DNA of 64,000 nt. It comes from an uncultured Acidobacteriota bacterium. Lineage in GTDB: Bacteria; Acidobacteriota; Thermoanaerobaculia; Gp7-AA8. The stretch is from positions 192,001 to 256,000 of the forward strand of contig CAVUKB010000004.1 of the NCBI GenBank assembly GCA_963741955.1, written 5' to 3'. Numbering within the stretch: the first letter of the stretch is position 1; the number at the start of each line of letters is the position of its first letter. Of the stretch, positions 46,170-56,192 are shown one piece after another. The notes below the pieces were generated by a model. The model was not told where the DNA came from. It worked only from the letters and a program-made list of their open reading frames with translations, and made no database searches. The position numbers and the translations under genes were made by a program.

Positions 46170-48488
46170 GTGATGCTTCCTCTCCCGATCGACAGCCGCG
46201 CGGACGAGATCCTCGCCCGCGTCCGGCGCGAGCGGGCGCTGGTACTCGTCGCGCCGCCGGGATCGGGGAAGACCACGCGGATCCCGCCGCTGCTCGCGGC
46301 GGACGGCCCGACGATTCTGCTGCAACCGCGTCGCGTCGCGGCTCGCTCGCTCACCCGCCGTATCGCTGCCGAGCGCGGATGGACGGTCGGACGTGAAGTG
46401 GGATGGCAGATCCGCTTCGAGCGGAACTTCGGTCCGGAGACCAGGCTCCTCGTGGCGACGGAAGGGATTCTCACGCGGCGGCTCGAATCGGATCCTCTCC
46501 TCAGTGACTTCACAACGGTGGTGCTGGACGAATTCCACGAGCGGAGCGTCCACTCCGATCTTGCGCTCGCGCTCGCGCGTGAGGCGTTCCGTTCGCGGGA
46601 CGACCTTCGCCTGGTGGTGATGTCGGCGACGCTCGATGCGACGCGGGTCGCGGAATACCTCGGGTGCGACGTGGTCGAAGTGCCGGGACGCGTGCATCCG
46701 CTGGAGATCGAGTACGCTCCCCGGGCAACCGTCGCCGGCGCAGTCGAGGCGCTGCTGAAGAGTGACTCCGGAGACGTTCTCGTCTTTCTCCCCGGAGCTC
46801 GTGAGATCCGTGACGCGGAACAGGAGCTGCGGTCGGGAGCGGGAAGAGATCTCGACGTTCTCCCTCTTCATGGAGGCCTGACCCCCGAGGAGCAGGATTC
46901 GGCGTTGCAGCAGTCGGCACGGCGGAAAGTGATCCTCGCGACGAACATCGCGGAGACTTCGCTGACCGTCGAAGGGGTCAGTGCCGTGGTCGACGGAGGT
47001 CTGCACCGGATCGTCCGCTTCGACGAATCCCGAGGAATCGACGAGCTGGTGACGGAGCGAATCCCGCGTGATTCGGCCGAACAGCGCGCCGGTCGTGCTG
47101 CACGTACCGGCGCAGGAAGAGTGATCCGGCTGTGGGACGAACGGGATTTCCTCGAGGCTCATCGCGAGCCGGAGATCCTCCGTGTCGATCTCGCTCCTCT
47201 CCTTCTCGACATCATCGCCTGGGGCGGCGATCCGCACGCGTTCCCGTGGTTCGATCCACCGCGGCCGGAGAAGATCGACGCGGCCCTCGAGCTTCTCGAA
47301 CGGCTCGACGCGATCGATGGCCGGCGGATCGCTCCGATCGGCCAGCGGATGCAGAAGTTTCCTCTCCACCCCCGGCTGGCCCGAGTTCTGATCGAGGCGG
47401 GGCCGTCACGCCGCGCCGCCGCACTCTGTGCAGTCATCTCGGAACCGGTGAGCTGGCGTGGGGGAGACGTGGCGACGGATTCCGACGTGCTGACTCTGGT
47501 GGACCACATCGAGTCGTTGCCGTTCGGAGTGCGTCGTGCGGCGGAGGAGATCGGCCGGATCGCCTCCGCGGTCCTGCGGGGAAGCTCATCCGACGAATCG
47601 GATGCCGCCCTTCGCCGGGCGCTGTTTCTCGGATTCGCGGACCGTGTCGCCAGGAGAAGGTCACCGGGTACGGATCGATTCCTCATGGCCAACGGGAGCG
47701 GTGCGATTCTTTCGCGCGACAGCGGCGTGAAGAGTGCGGAGTGGATCGTCGCAGTGGACGTGGATGGAGGCGCGCGAAGGAGCGGACCGGAGGCGTTGAT
47801 ACGTATGGCGAGCGCCGTCGATCCGGAGTGGCTGGCGCCGACCGGAACGGACACCGGGCATCGCCTCGCCGACGACGGGAGAAGCGTCACTGCGACTCGG
47901 CGGGCGTGGTACGGCAGGATTCTCCTCTCGGAGTCGCCGGACCGGCCGGTCCCGGAGGTCGCGAGTGGTCTTCTGGTGGATGCGGTTCTGACCAGACCTG
48001 CGGATGCGCGGTCGGAGCAGCTCCTCCGGCGACTCCGATTCGCGGGAGTGTTCCTCGATCTGGAGCGGACCGTCTCCACAGCGCTCGAGGGGGTCACGTC
48101 TTTACCTCGAGGATTCGATCTCCTTCAGCTGATTTCTCACCGCGACCGCAAGAAGCTCGATCAGCTCGCGCCGGAATCGCTGCCGGTGCCGAGCGGGCGG
48201 AATGTCCATCTCGACTACCGCGACGATGGTTCGGTGATCGCGCCGGTGAAGCTGCAGGAGCTCTTCGGCCTTGCCGAGACGCCGCGCATCGGGCCGAATC
48301 AGGTGCCGGTGGTTTTCTCTCTCCTCGGTCCGAACGGCCGTCCGGTACAGACGACGTCGGATCTGCGCAGCTTCTGGGAGCGGACGTATCCCGAGGTCCG
48401 GAAGGAGCTGCGTGGGCGCTATCCCAGGCATCCATGGCCGGAAGATCCGTGGAATGCGACGCCGACGGCGCGGACGAAGAAGAGGTGA
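46170..48488 (+). CDS. hrpB: ATP-dependent RNA helicase HrpB
   Basis: APPGSGKTT, DEFHER, MSAT, ATNIAETS, QRAGRAAR, HrpB C-terminus LQELFG..RGRYPRHPWP. Confidence 0.93.
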   Translation: MMLPLPIDSRADEILARVRRERALVLVAPPGSGKTTRIPPLLAADGPTILLQPRRVAARSLTRRIAAERGWTVGREVGWQIRFERNFGPETRLLVATEGILTRRLESDPLLSDFTTVVLDEFHERSVHSDLALALAREAFRSRDDLRLVVMSATLDATRVAEYLGCDVVEVPGRVHPLEIEYAPRATVAGAVEALLKSDSGDVLVFLPGAREIRDAEQELRSGAGRDLDVLPLHGGLTPEEQDSALQQSARRKVILATNIAETSLTVEGVSAVVDGGLHRIVRFDESRGIDELVTERIPRDSAEQRAGRAARTGAGRVIRLWDERDFLEAHREPEILRVDLAPLLLDIIAWGGDPHAFPWFDPPRPEKIDAALELLERLDAIDGRRIAPIGQRMQKFPLHPRLARVLIEAGPSRRAAALCAVISEPVSWRGGDVATDSDVLTLVDHIESLPFGVRRAAEEIGRIASAVLRGSSSDESDAALRRALFLGFADRVARRRSPGTDRFLMANGSGAILSRDSGVKSAEWIVAVDVDGGARRSGPEALIRMASAVDPEWLAPTGTDTGHRLADDGRSVTATRRAWYGRILLSESPDRPVPEVASGLLVDAVLTRPADARSEQLLRRLRFAGVFLDLERTVSTALEGVTSLPRGFDLLQLISHRDRKKLDQLAPESLPVPSGRNVHLDYRDDGSVIAPVKLQELFGLAETPRIGPNQVPVVFSLLGPNGRPVQTTSDLRSFWERTYPEVRKELRGRYPRHPWPEDPWNATPTARTKKR

Positions 48489-48582
48489 GTCTACCGCCGG
48501 CCCCCCCCCCGGCCACCAATCCCGATGGGAAGAGGGACGAGACGGAGATTCGTTGCGGGGCGGCTCGGAAATGGGAGGAGAG

Positions 48583-48608
48583 GGGCCCGGGGCGTTTGCC
48601 CCGGGCCC
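48583..48608 (-). terminator. GC-rich hairpin terminator after the large secreted protein gene
   Basis: GGGCCCGGGGC-GTTT-GCCCCGGGCCC, 10 nt after the stop; only a weak U tract. Confidence 0.65.
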
Positions 48609-48618
48609 GCCGAAGCTG

Positions 48619-51600
48619 CTACTGCGTCGCGATGTCGTCGACGTACGTGAGTGTCGCGTCGCCCGAGTAGTTGTCGTCGTGGCTGGTGAGCGTCAGGGTG
48701 ATGCTGTGGCCAGCGGTTGCGTTGCCCGTGACCTGGTGCCAGGTACTGTTGTTCGTGCAGGTCTTGCCCAGGAGCGTGGTGGTCGTACCGGTGGTGTTGT
48801 CCTTGAGCGTCGCTGTGAACCAGTCGTAGGTCACCGTATCGGGGCAGGTCAGGTAGTACGAGAACGTCACCGTGCTCGTACCGGCCGGCATGGTTACCGT
48901 CTGCGAGATGGTGCTGTCGCCGTTGGTGGGGGAGGTGCTGCCGAGGCGCGCACTGTACGTGCCGCTGTGCGCCAGCGCCGTCGAGGCGCTTTCCGATGCG
49001 CCCGTGGTCGTCCAGCTGGAGAGCGAACCGGTCTCGAATCCCGGGTTGGCGAAGGCGTTGCCGCCGCCACTGCAAGCGGCGGTGGTCGCCTGTGCCTGGG
49101 CGGAGTTGCCGGAAGCGCAGGTGCCGTTGCTGGCCTGGACGACGTAGTAGTAGGTCGTGCCGCAGGTCAGGCCACTGTCACTGAAGGAGGTGCTCGTCGA
49201 GGTGCCGGCCTGGGTGTACGGTCCGCCGCTGGTCGTGGAGCGGAGGATGGAATACGAGGTCGCACCCGAAGAGGCGTTCCAGGAGACAGTGGCGGAGGTC
49301 TGTGATGAGGATCTCGCGCTCACCCCGGTCGGTGCTGCCGGAGGCGTGCAGCCGCTGCCGCCGCCGACCGCGAAGATCAGGTCGTCGTGATCGTCATACG
49401 AGCCGGTCGTGCACGACGAGGCGCTCCCGTTGTAGCGGAAGGTTCCGCGGATCGCCTGCATGCTTCCCGCGGGGAGGGTGTAGGTGGCGGTCAGGGTCTG
49501 GGCGCCCGAGCCGGTGGGATTGATGGTGCCGATGAGCGTCCAGGTCGGGTTCGACGCGTCTGCCGCGTAGTAGAGATCGAGGTGATCGGAGCTGTAGGTA
49601 GAGTACGCCCAGACAGTGGCGGTGACCTTCACGCTCTTGCCGGCGGCGAAGCTGCTGCCGTCGGTGGTCTCGATCTCGAGCCGGTCGAGCGACTCGTCGG
49701 AGTGGAAGCTTCCGGAGCTGCCGTCGGCGCAGGAGCTGTTGATGGTGTTGGGTTGATTGGGCTCGGCGCCGCCGCTGAGGGAGTCGCGGCCGAGAATGAG
49801 TGAAGCGCCGGTGTCGCAGGATGTGCCGACGGTGCTTCCGCAGCTCGGCGCCTTACGGCTCGAATCGTAAGTGGCGGTCAGTGCGCCGCCACCGCCACAA
49901 GCGGCGGTGGTCGCCTGTGCCTGGGCGGAGTTGCCGGAAGCGCAGGTGCCGTTGCTGGCCTGGACGACGTAGTAGTAAGTGGTGTTGCAGGTCAGGCCAC
50001 TGTCACTGAAGGAAGTGCTCGTCGAGGTGCCGGCCTGACTGTACGGTCCGCCGCTCGTGGTGGAGCGGAAGATGGCGTACGAGGTCGCACCCGAAGAAGC
50101 GTTCCAGGAGACAGTGGCGGACGTCTGTGATGAGGAGCTCGCGCCTACGCCGGTCGGTGCCGCCGGAGGCGTGCATGGACACGAGGCGGTGGTCGCCTGT
50201 GCCTGGGAGGAGTTGCCGGAAGCGCAGGTGCCGTTGCTGGCCTGGACGACGTAGTAGTAGGTCGTGTTGCAGGTAAGGCCACTGTCACTGAAGGAGGTGC
50301 TCGTCGAGGTGCCGGCCTGGGTGTACGGTCCGCCGCTGGTCGTGGAGCGGAGGATGGTATACGAGGTCGCACCCGAAGAAGCATTCCAGGAGACGGTGGC
50401 GGAGGTCTGAGACGAAGAGCTCGCGCTCACCCCGGTCGGTGCTGCCGGAGGCGTGCAGCCGCTGCCGCCGCCGACCGCGAAGATCAGGTCGTCGTGATCG
50501 TCATACGAGCCGGTCGTGCACGACGAGGCACTCCCGTTGTAGCGGAAGGTTCCGCGGATCGCCTGCATGCTTCCCGCGGGGAGGGTGTAGGTGGCGGTCA
50601 GAGTCTGGGCGCCCGAGCCGGTGGGATTGATGGTGCCGATGAGCGTCCAGGTCGGGTTCGAGGCGTCTGCCGCGTAGTAGAGATCGAGGTGATCGGAGCT
50701 GTAGGTAGAGTACGCCCAGACAGTGGCGGTGACCTTCACGCTCTTGCCGGCGGCGAAGCTGCTGCCGTCGGTGGTCTCGATCTCGAGCCGGTCGAGCGAC
50801 TCGTCGGAGTGGAAGCTTCCGGAGCTGCCGTCGGCGCAGGAGCTGTTGATGGTATTGGGTTGATTGGGCTCGGCGCCGCCGCTGAGGGAGTCGCGGCCGA
50901 GAATGAGTGAAGCGCCGGTGTCGCAGGAACTGCCGACGGTGCTGCCGCAGCTCGGCGCCTTACGGCTCGAATCGTAGCTGGCGGTCAGTGCGCCGCCACT
51001 GCTGCAAGTGGACGTGGTTGCCTGTGCCTGGGCGGAGTTGCCCGATGCGCAGGTGCCGTTGCTGGCCTGGACGACGTAGTAGTAGGTCGTATTGCAGGAG
51101 AGCCCCGTGTCGGTGAAGGAGGTCGACGTCGAGGTGCCGGCCTGCGAATACGGTCCGCCGCTCGCGTTCGAGCGGAGGATGATGTATGAGGTTGCGCCCG
51201 ATGAAGCGGTCCAGGAGACGGTCGCGCCGCTCTGAGACGAAGAGCTCGCGCTCACGCCGGTGGGTGCCGCGGGAGGCGTGCAGCTGCTTCCGCTGTCGTC
51301 GATGACCTTCGCGGACCAGATTTCTTCCTTTCCGCCGCTCCGGCGATCCGTCCAGGAAGGCCAGAACTGGCCGTTGATTCCCGAGACGGTCGCATAGTCA
51401 CCGTACTGGTTGCCGGAATCGGCTCCCGACGTAGTCTCGTTGGTCGAAGCCGTAGTGACCTTGAGAGGAGTCGTCCAGGTCTGGCCGCCGTCGTTCGAGG
51501 ACTGGTAATAGATGTTCGCGCTGGTGCGGGAGCTGTCGCCGACGGTGTCGTAGTAAGTGACGCCGATCTTTCCGGTCGTTTCGTCGACGACCATCCAGGG

Positions 51601-52992
51601 GAAGAACTGATCGTTCAGCCCCGACTGATTGTTGATCTTGACCTTGGCGGACCAGGTGTTGCCGCCGTCGGTCGAGCGCTGGAAGAAGACTCGGGTTTTG
51701 CAGGTCGAGCTGGCATTCGTTCCAGGGCCGCCCCCGCTCGTGCATCCGCTGTCTCCGGAGAGATCGTTCCAGACCACATAGACGTTATTCGTGCTCGAGG
51801 TGCGGTAGACGCCGACGATGCTGGCGATCAGCACCTGCCTGCTGGCATCTGCGGGAATGGCGATCTGGAAACTGCCGTAGGTGCTGGCGACGGTGGCCGG
51901 GCTGGACCAGCTGCTGCCGCCGTTGGTCGACTTTACCAGGTAGATCTTCTTCGACCCTGTGTCGGGCCACATCCCGACGACGTCGCCGTAGCTGTTGCTC
52001 TTGATGTCGGCGCCGATCGCGGTGCCGGTGGTCTCCGAGCCGGAGACCTTCAGCGGACTTCCCCAGCCGCTGCCCGTGTGGCGGCTGATGTAAGCCGGCG
52101 CACCGTTGTGATAGATGGCGTAGATGTTGTCTTTGTACGGCGAGCTGTTGCTGTGGTCCGTCCAAATCATCTGCTTGTCGGTCGAAGTCTGCGATCCGGA
52201 GAAAGTGGCGTCGTAGTTCCAGCTCGCGCCATTGTCGGTCGACTTGTAGGCGCGCATGTGGAGGACCGATCCGCCCGAGTTGATGCCGATGGTCGTGGAC
52301 CACGCGGTGCCGTCGGAGGTCCAGTCGACGGTCGGGTCGGACATGAACGCGTCACCGAGGCTGCTCTGCAGCGGAAGGTAATTCTGGTTCCAGGTCTGGC
52401 CGCCGTCGGTGGAGAACCACTGCGCCTGCTGTCCGCTGCTGCTGATGTTGTTGGAGGCGCCGATGATGAGGTTGGGGTTCCAGTAGTTGACGCGGATGTC
52501 CGACTCACTGCGCGGCGAGGACTGCGCCCCGGAGAGACGGACGTTCGTTCCGGCGGCGAACGTCATCGATTCGAGCTCGTCCGAGCCCTGGCCGCGGCTG
52601 TTGTCGAAGTTCTGGTGGGACTGCATCCACTCGTAGACTTCGTGGAGGACGAGCGGATAGCAGCCGCCGTACGTTCGGTCGAAACCGCCCCCCTGCAGCC
52701 GGACGATCCGGCATCTGGTTTCCGGGTGCTGCTCCCGCCAGTACGTTCGCAACCAGTAAGGGATGTTGCGCCCGTCGTTGAGCTCCTGCGGGAAGAGCTT
52801 CGACGTGAGGACCGGCTCGGGGCCGTACCGCATGATCAGAGCCTCGAGGGCCGTCCCATGTTTTGCGCCAGCCTGTGCAACCTGCTGGGCCACGGTCGGC
52901 CAGTGGGCGCTGCCGGGCGGCGTGGCCTGGCCCGCCGCGATTCCTGCGCTGATCATAGAAACAAAGATGGCGGTGACGAATAACTTTCGCAT
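48619..52992 (-). CDS. Large secreted protein: BNR/Asp-box propeller, 4 FN3 domains, 2 Cys-rich unknown domains, CBM-like C-terminus
   Basis: Signal peptide; five S(T/N)xxGxxW Asp boxes; PAAPTGV..VSW..YYYVVQA FN3 repeats; NPGFETG. Confidence 0.85.
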   Translation of the reverse strand: MRKLFVTAIFVSMISAGIAAGQATPPGSAHWPTVAQQVAQAGAKHGTALEALIMRYGPEPVLTSKLFPQELNDGRNIPYWLRTYWREQHPETRCRIVRLQGGGFDRTYGGCYPLVLHEVYEWMQSHQNFDNSRGQGSDELESMTFAAGTNVRLSGAQSSPRSESDIRVNYWNPNLIIGASNNISSSGQQAQWFSTDGGQTWNQNYLPLQSSLGDAFMSDPTVDWTSDGTAWSTTIGINSGGSVLHMRAYKSTDNGASWNYDATFSGSQTSTDKQMIWTDHSNSSPYKDNIYAIYHNGAPAYISRHTGSGWGSPLKVSGSETTGTAIGADIKSNSYGDVVGMWPDTGSKKIYLVKSTNGGSSWSSPATVASTYGSFQIAIPADASRQVLIASIVGVYRTSSTNNVYVVWNDLSGDSGCTSGGGPGTNASSTCKTRVFFQRSTDGGNTWSAKVKINNQSGLNDQFFPWMVVDETTGKIGVTYYDTVGDSSRTSANIYYQSSNDGGQTWTTPLKVTTASTNETTSGADSGNQYGDYATVSGINGQFWPSWTDRRSGGKEEIWSAKVIDDSGSSCTPPAAPTGVSASSSSQSGATVSWTASSGATSYIILRSNASGGPYSQAGTSTSTSFTDTGLSCNTTYYYVVQASNGTCASGNSAQAQATTSTCSSGGALTASYDSSRKAPSCGSTVGSSCDTGASLILGRDSLSGGAEPNQPNTINSSCADGSSGSFHSDESLDRLEIETTDGSSFAAGKSVKVTATVWAYSTYSSDHLDLYYAADASNPTWTLIGTINPTGSGAQTLTATYTLPAGSMQAIRGTFRYNGSASSCTTGSYDDHDDLIFAVGGGSGCTPPAAPTGVSASSSSQTSATVSWNASSGATSYTILRSTTSGGPYTQAGTSTSTSFSDSGLTCNTTYYYVVQASNGTCASGNSSQAQATTASCPCTPPAAPTGVGASSSSQTSATVSWNASSGATSYAIFRSTTSGGPYSQAGTSTSTSFSDSGLTCNTTYYYVVQASNGTCASGNSAQAQATTAACGGGGALTATYDSSRKAPSCGSTVGTSCDTGASLILGRDSLSGGAEPNQPNTINSSCADGSSGSFHSDESLDRLEIETTDGSSFAAGKSVKVTATVWAYSTYSSDHLDLYYAADASNPTWTLIGTINPTGSGAQTLTATYTLPAGSMQAIRGTFRYNGSASSCTTGSYDDHDDLIFAVGGGSGCTPPAAPTGVSARSSSQTSATVSWNASSGATSYSILRSTTSGGPYTQAGTSTSTSFSDSGLTCGTTYYYVVQASNGTCASGNSAQAQATTAACSGGGNAFANPGFETGSLSSWTTTGASESASTALAHSGTYSARLGSTSPTNGDSTISQTVTMPAGTSTVTFSYYLTCPDTVTYDWFTATLKDNTTGTTTTLLGKTCTNNSTWHQVTGNATAGHSITLTLTSHDDNYSGDATLTYVDDIATQ
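49060..51290. repeat. Intragenic near-identical duplication, period 1107 bp
   Basis: For example 49387 vs 50494 and 49800 vs 50907 are nearly identical at DNA level. Confidence 0.9.
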
Positions 52993-53057
52993 TGTGTTTC
53001 GTACTCCAATTCTTCAGTTTTCGACAGTTTTTGGAGGAAGACCTGGGGCCGCCCCGA

Positions 53058-53072
53058 GCAACGGACGTGCCA
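53058..53072 (-). promoter_or_regulatory. Sigma-54 promoter
   Basis: Minus strand TGGCACG-TCCG-TTGC, full -24/-12 consensus, 65 bp upstream of ATG 52992. Confidence 0.8.
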
Positions 53073-53257
53073 CGGCAGGAGAGATGTATGAAGTCATGTT
53101 GGATCAGTGACTTACTCGTCAAGGGAGGCACGGTTGGGGTTCACGAAGGATCGCCGGCTGACCCATTTCGCGAGGAAAGAGGGTCAACTGTTGACGGAGT
53201 GGGTCGGAAGAGGGAACCGCGGCGGCTTCGCGACAGTCGTGTTGGTGCGGAATCCCA

Positions 53258-53674
53258 TTACAGTGTTGTCAGGAGCGCGTCTTTCTGCAGCCGGCGAAGC
53301 CGCTTCATGGCGCGAGATGCGGCCTCGACCGGAACGAAGAGGTGGTCGTGCCGCGCGGCCGCGACCACGTTGCAGCTCATTCCTTCCTCGGTCAGAGCCG
53401 CCGCGACGGCGGACGTGAGGCCGACTGCGCCGAGGTCGGAGTGGACCTCGAGCGTGATCCAGGCGCAGCGAAACAGCGGCTCGAGACCATCCGCCTGGGC
53501 AGCGGACTCCTCGACGATCACGGTCATCCCTTCCGCTTCGCGGAACGTGGCCAGAGGAACGAGCCCATCGAGCGGCCGATCGAAAGGAACGGATGCGAAG
53601 ATCCACACTCCGTCGTTGAGAAGCGGATCGAGCGTGCGCAGAATCGTGGAAAGATCCGACAGTGGCTTCGTCAC
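53258..53674 (-). CDS. ACT-domain protein (DUF2241-like)
   Basis: FREAEGMTVI, ITLEVHSDLGAVGLT, SCNVVA..HDHLFV. Confidence 0.88.
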   Translation of the reverse strand: MTKPLSDLSTILRTLDPLLNDGVWIFASVPFDRPLDGLVPLATFREAEGMTVIVEESAAQADGLEPLFRCAWITLEVHSDLGAVGLTSAVAAALTEEGMSCNVVAAARHDHLFVPVEAASRAMKRLRRLQKDALLTTL

Positions 53675-54306
53675 GACGTCTTCTTTCCTTTATGGCTGTT
53701 GGACGAAGGTCCGGGTTGGCGCCGCAGCGGGCCCACGCGAAGGCCGGCGGCCGAATCGTAGATCAACGTCCGAAGGCGCCGGGCTCTCGTCTCTTCGCGC
53801 TTCGCGCTCCTGATCCAGAAAGCAGCGATCTTCCGATAGCCGAGGGGCTGAGCGCTGAAGAACTCCCACGCTCTTTCGTTCTTGCGGATCTCTTTCAACT
53901 CTTCCGTCGTGAGCGTCGCCGTTTGCCTCTGCTCGAACGAATAGATCCCCGACTTCTTTTCGTCACGCGCTTCGAATGCGGCGACGCCGGCGGGCTTCAT
54001 GCGGCCGAGTCGCGTCAGTTCCTCCACCCGCCGGATGTTGACGAGGCTCCATGTGCTTCGCTTCTTTCGTGGAGTGAAGCGGATCGTGTAGCGCTCTGCG
54101 TCGATCGATTTCCGCACCCCGTCGATCCATCCATAACAGAGCGCCTCGTCGACCGACTGGGGCCAGGTCATGCTCGGTTTTCCGCTCTTCGTCTTATGGA
54201 AGCCGACCCAGAGATGGTCCGTGCTCGCGTGATGACGCGCGAGCCAGCGTCGGAACTCCTCGGGAGTCTCGAAGAACGTCGGGTCGGGAGTCTCGGAGTG
54301 CTTCAT
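53671..54306 (-). CDS. YdeI/OmpD-associated family protein
   Basis: FRRWLARHH, EALCYGWIDG, FTPR..S.WS..N, AKREETRARR. Confidence 0.9.
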   Translation of the reverse strand: MKHSETPDPTFFETPEEFRRWLARHHASTDHLWVGFHKTKSGKPSMTWPQSVDEALCYGWIDGVRKSIDAERYTIRFTPRKKRSTWSLVNIRRVEELTRLGRMKPAGVAAFEARDEKKSGIYSFEQRQTATLTTEELKEIRKNERAWEFFSAQPLGYRKIAAFWIRSAKREETRARRLRTLIYDSAAGLRVGPLRRQPGPSSNSHKGKKTS

Positions 54307-54325
54307 CGGGGATTAGGATATACGC

Positions 54326-54847
54326 ATGCCACCGAGAGCGATCATCGGAGTGATGGGGCGCGGCAGCGATGCGTCCGCGGAGGACGTTCACCTCGCGGAA
54401 GAGGTGGGCGAGCGGATCGCGCGGGAGGGATGGATCCTTCTGACCGGAGGGCGGCGGGAGGGAGTGATGGGGGCGGCGAGTCGCGGAGCGAAGCGGGTCG
54501 AGGGATCGCTGACCGTCGGCATCCTTCCCGGAGGCGATCGCAGCGGAATGGCGCCGGACGTCGATGTCCCGATCGTGACCGGGATGGGGAGCGCGCGCAA
54601 CAACGTCAACGCGCTTTCCTCCGACGTCGTCATCGCGTGCGGGGAGGGAGGTCCCGGAACGATCTCGGAGATCGCGCTGTCGATCAAGACCGGCAAGCCG
54701 GTGGTCCTGCTGCGTCCCGCTCTCGCGGTGTACGAGATGTTCGCCCCGATCGCTCCGGTGCATCCGGCCGATTCCGTCGACGAAGCGATCGCAATCGTGA
54801 GAGCGATCATCGCGGGGCGGAGCAGCTATAATTCGAGCTCATCATGA
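54326..54847 (+). CDS. TIGR00725 / LOG-SLOG family Rossmann-fold protein
   Basis: IIGVMG, TGG..GVMGAA, TGMGSARN, GPGTISEI. Confidence 0.85.
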   Translation: MPPRAIIGVMGRGSDASAEDVHLAEEVGERIAREGWILLTGGRREGVMGAASRGAKRVEGSLTVGILPGGDRSGMAPDVDVPIVTGMGSARNNVNALSSDVVIACGEGGPGTISEIALSIKTGKPVVLLRPALAVYEMFAPIAPVHPADSVDEAIAIVRAIIAGRSSYNSSSS

Positions 54848-54880
54848 AGGTCGCGATCCTCTCGTTGGTCGTAGCCCGCA

Positions 54881-55045
54881 TTTCTCACACCATCTCTGCT
54901 GCGGAGGCGGATAGCGGCCTGTCTGCTGCGTTGAGCCCCGCTGCGGCTCCTCAACATAGTCACTACTATGCCTTCGTCGCCGAAGCGAGGCGCGCCTTGC
55001 ATCCAGGCTACTCTCCGCCTCCTCGCGACGAGATGGTGTGAGAAA
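54881..55045. mobile_element. MITE-like or structured-RNA long hairpin with 16-bp perfect terminal inverted repeat
   Basis: TTTCTCACACCATCTC / GAGATGGTGTGAGAAA; inner GGAGGCGGA/TCCGCCTCC, GCCTG/CAGGC, CATAGT/ACTATG. Confidence 0.65.
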
Positions 55046-55322
55046 CGGTCGCGCCGCTCACTGAATCACGCATCCGCGTCGCGGGTCCCGATTCGCTTCT
55101 CACGGTTTGCGGTCTGCCTCAGGCCGGAGCGTTCCTGTTGAAGACGGACGGTCCGCTCGCGATCGTAGGGTCGGTGATCGACCGGAGCTCGGGGGACGCG
55201 CGAACGGTTCTGCCGGTGCCCCTTCCGTAGAGCTCAGATCCGACCATTCAGCAGTACGTACGCCGTCGGAACGCGGGCACGCTTCCTCCCGCGGGATGCT
55301 GCTCCTCCGCTACAATCGTGTG

Positions 55323-56192
55323 ATGTCGCGGAGAATCGCATTCCAGGGAGAGAGGGGCGCGTTCAGCGAGGAGGCCGCGCGCCGCTTGCTCGCTGATGGC
55401 GTGGAGACGATCGCGTGTCCATCGTTCGAGGCGATGTTCGAAGCCGTGGCGGAGGGAACTGCCGACTGCGCGATGGTACCGATCGAGAATGCTCTCGCCG
55501 GATCCGTGCATCGAAACTACGATCTTCTTGCCGAACATCACCTGACGATCGCCCGCGAGAGCTATCTGCGGATCGTGATGAACCTGATCGCGCGACCCGG
55601 GGCGAAGCTCGAGCAGCTACGCCGCGTTCGTTCGCATCCGGTCGCGCTGGCACAGTGCCAGCGGTTTCTCGGCGCGCATCCGGAGCTCGAAGCCGAGCCG
55701 GCGTACGACACGGCCGGAAGCGTGAAGCTGATGATGAAGTCGGGTGATCCCGCGGAGGCCGCGATCGCAGGGCCGTCTGCAGCGTCGATCTACGGCGCGG
55801 AGATCGTGGTTCCGGAGATCGAGGACCACAAGCGCAACTACACGCGCTTTCTCCTTTTGACGCATCCGGAGAACGTCGCGTGGTATCAGGACCAGAACGC
55901 CGAGGAGTGGAAGACGTCGATCGTCTTTCGAACGCCGGACCGTCCCGGCGCGCTCTTCCGCGCCCTCGCGGTGTTCGCGCTGCGCGACGTGAATCTGTCG
56001 AAGATCGAGTCCCGTCCGATCGAGGGACGCCCGTGGGAGTACACGTTCTACCTCGATCTGATCGGGCGGATCACGGACCGGCCGGTCGAGCGCGCGCTGG
56101 CGCATCTCGAGGAGATGGCGGAAAGCCTTCGGGTGCTCGGTTCGTATCCGCGTGGGGAGGGGGAGGAGCGGACTCAGGCTACGGATGCGTGA
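55323..56192 (+). CDS. pheA: Prephenate dehydratase
   Basis: FQGERGAFS, PIENA.AG, SHPVALAQC, NYTRF, KIESRP. Confidence 0.95.
   Translation: MSRRIAFQGERGAFSEEAARRLLADGVETIACPSFEAMFEAVAEGTADCAMVPIENALAGSVHRNYDLLAEHHLTIARESYLRIVMNLIARPGAKLEQLRRVRSHPVALAQCQRFLGAHPELEAEPAYDTAGSVKLMMKSGDPAEAAIAGPSAASIYGAEIVVPEIEDHKRNYTRFLLLTHPENVAWYQDQNAEEWKTSIVFRTPDRPGALFRALAVFALRDVNLSKIESRPIEGRPWEYTFYLDLIGRITDRPVERALAHLEEMAESLRVLGSYPRGEGEERTQATDA

Noticed and set aside
54844-55041. 65-aa ORF after the LOG-family gene
   Set aside because: Coincides with the hairpin element and is better explained as non-coding
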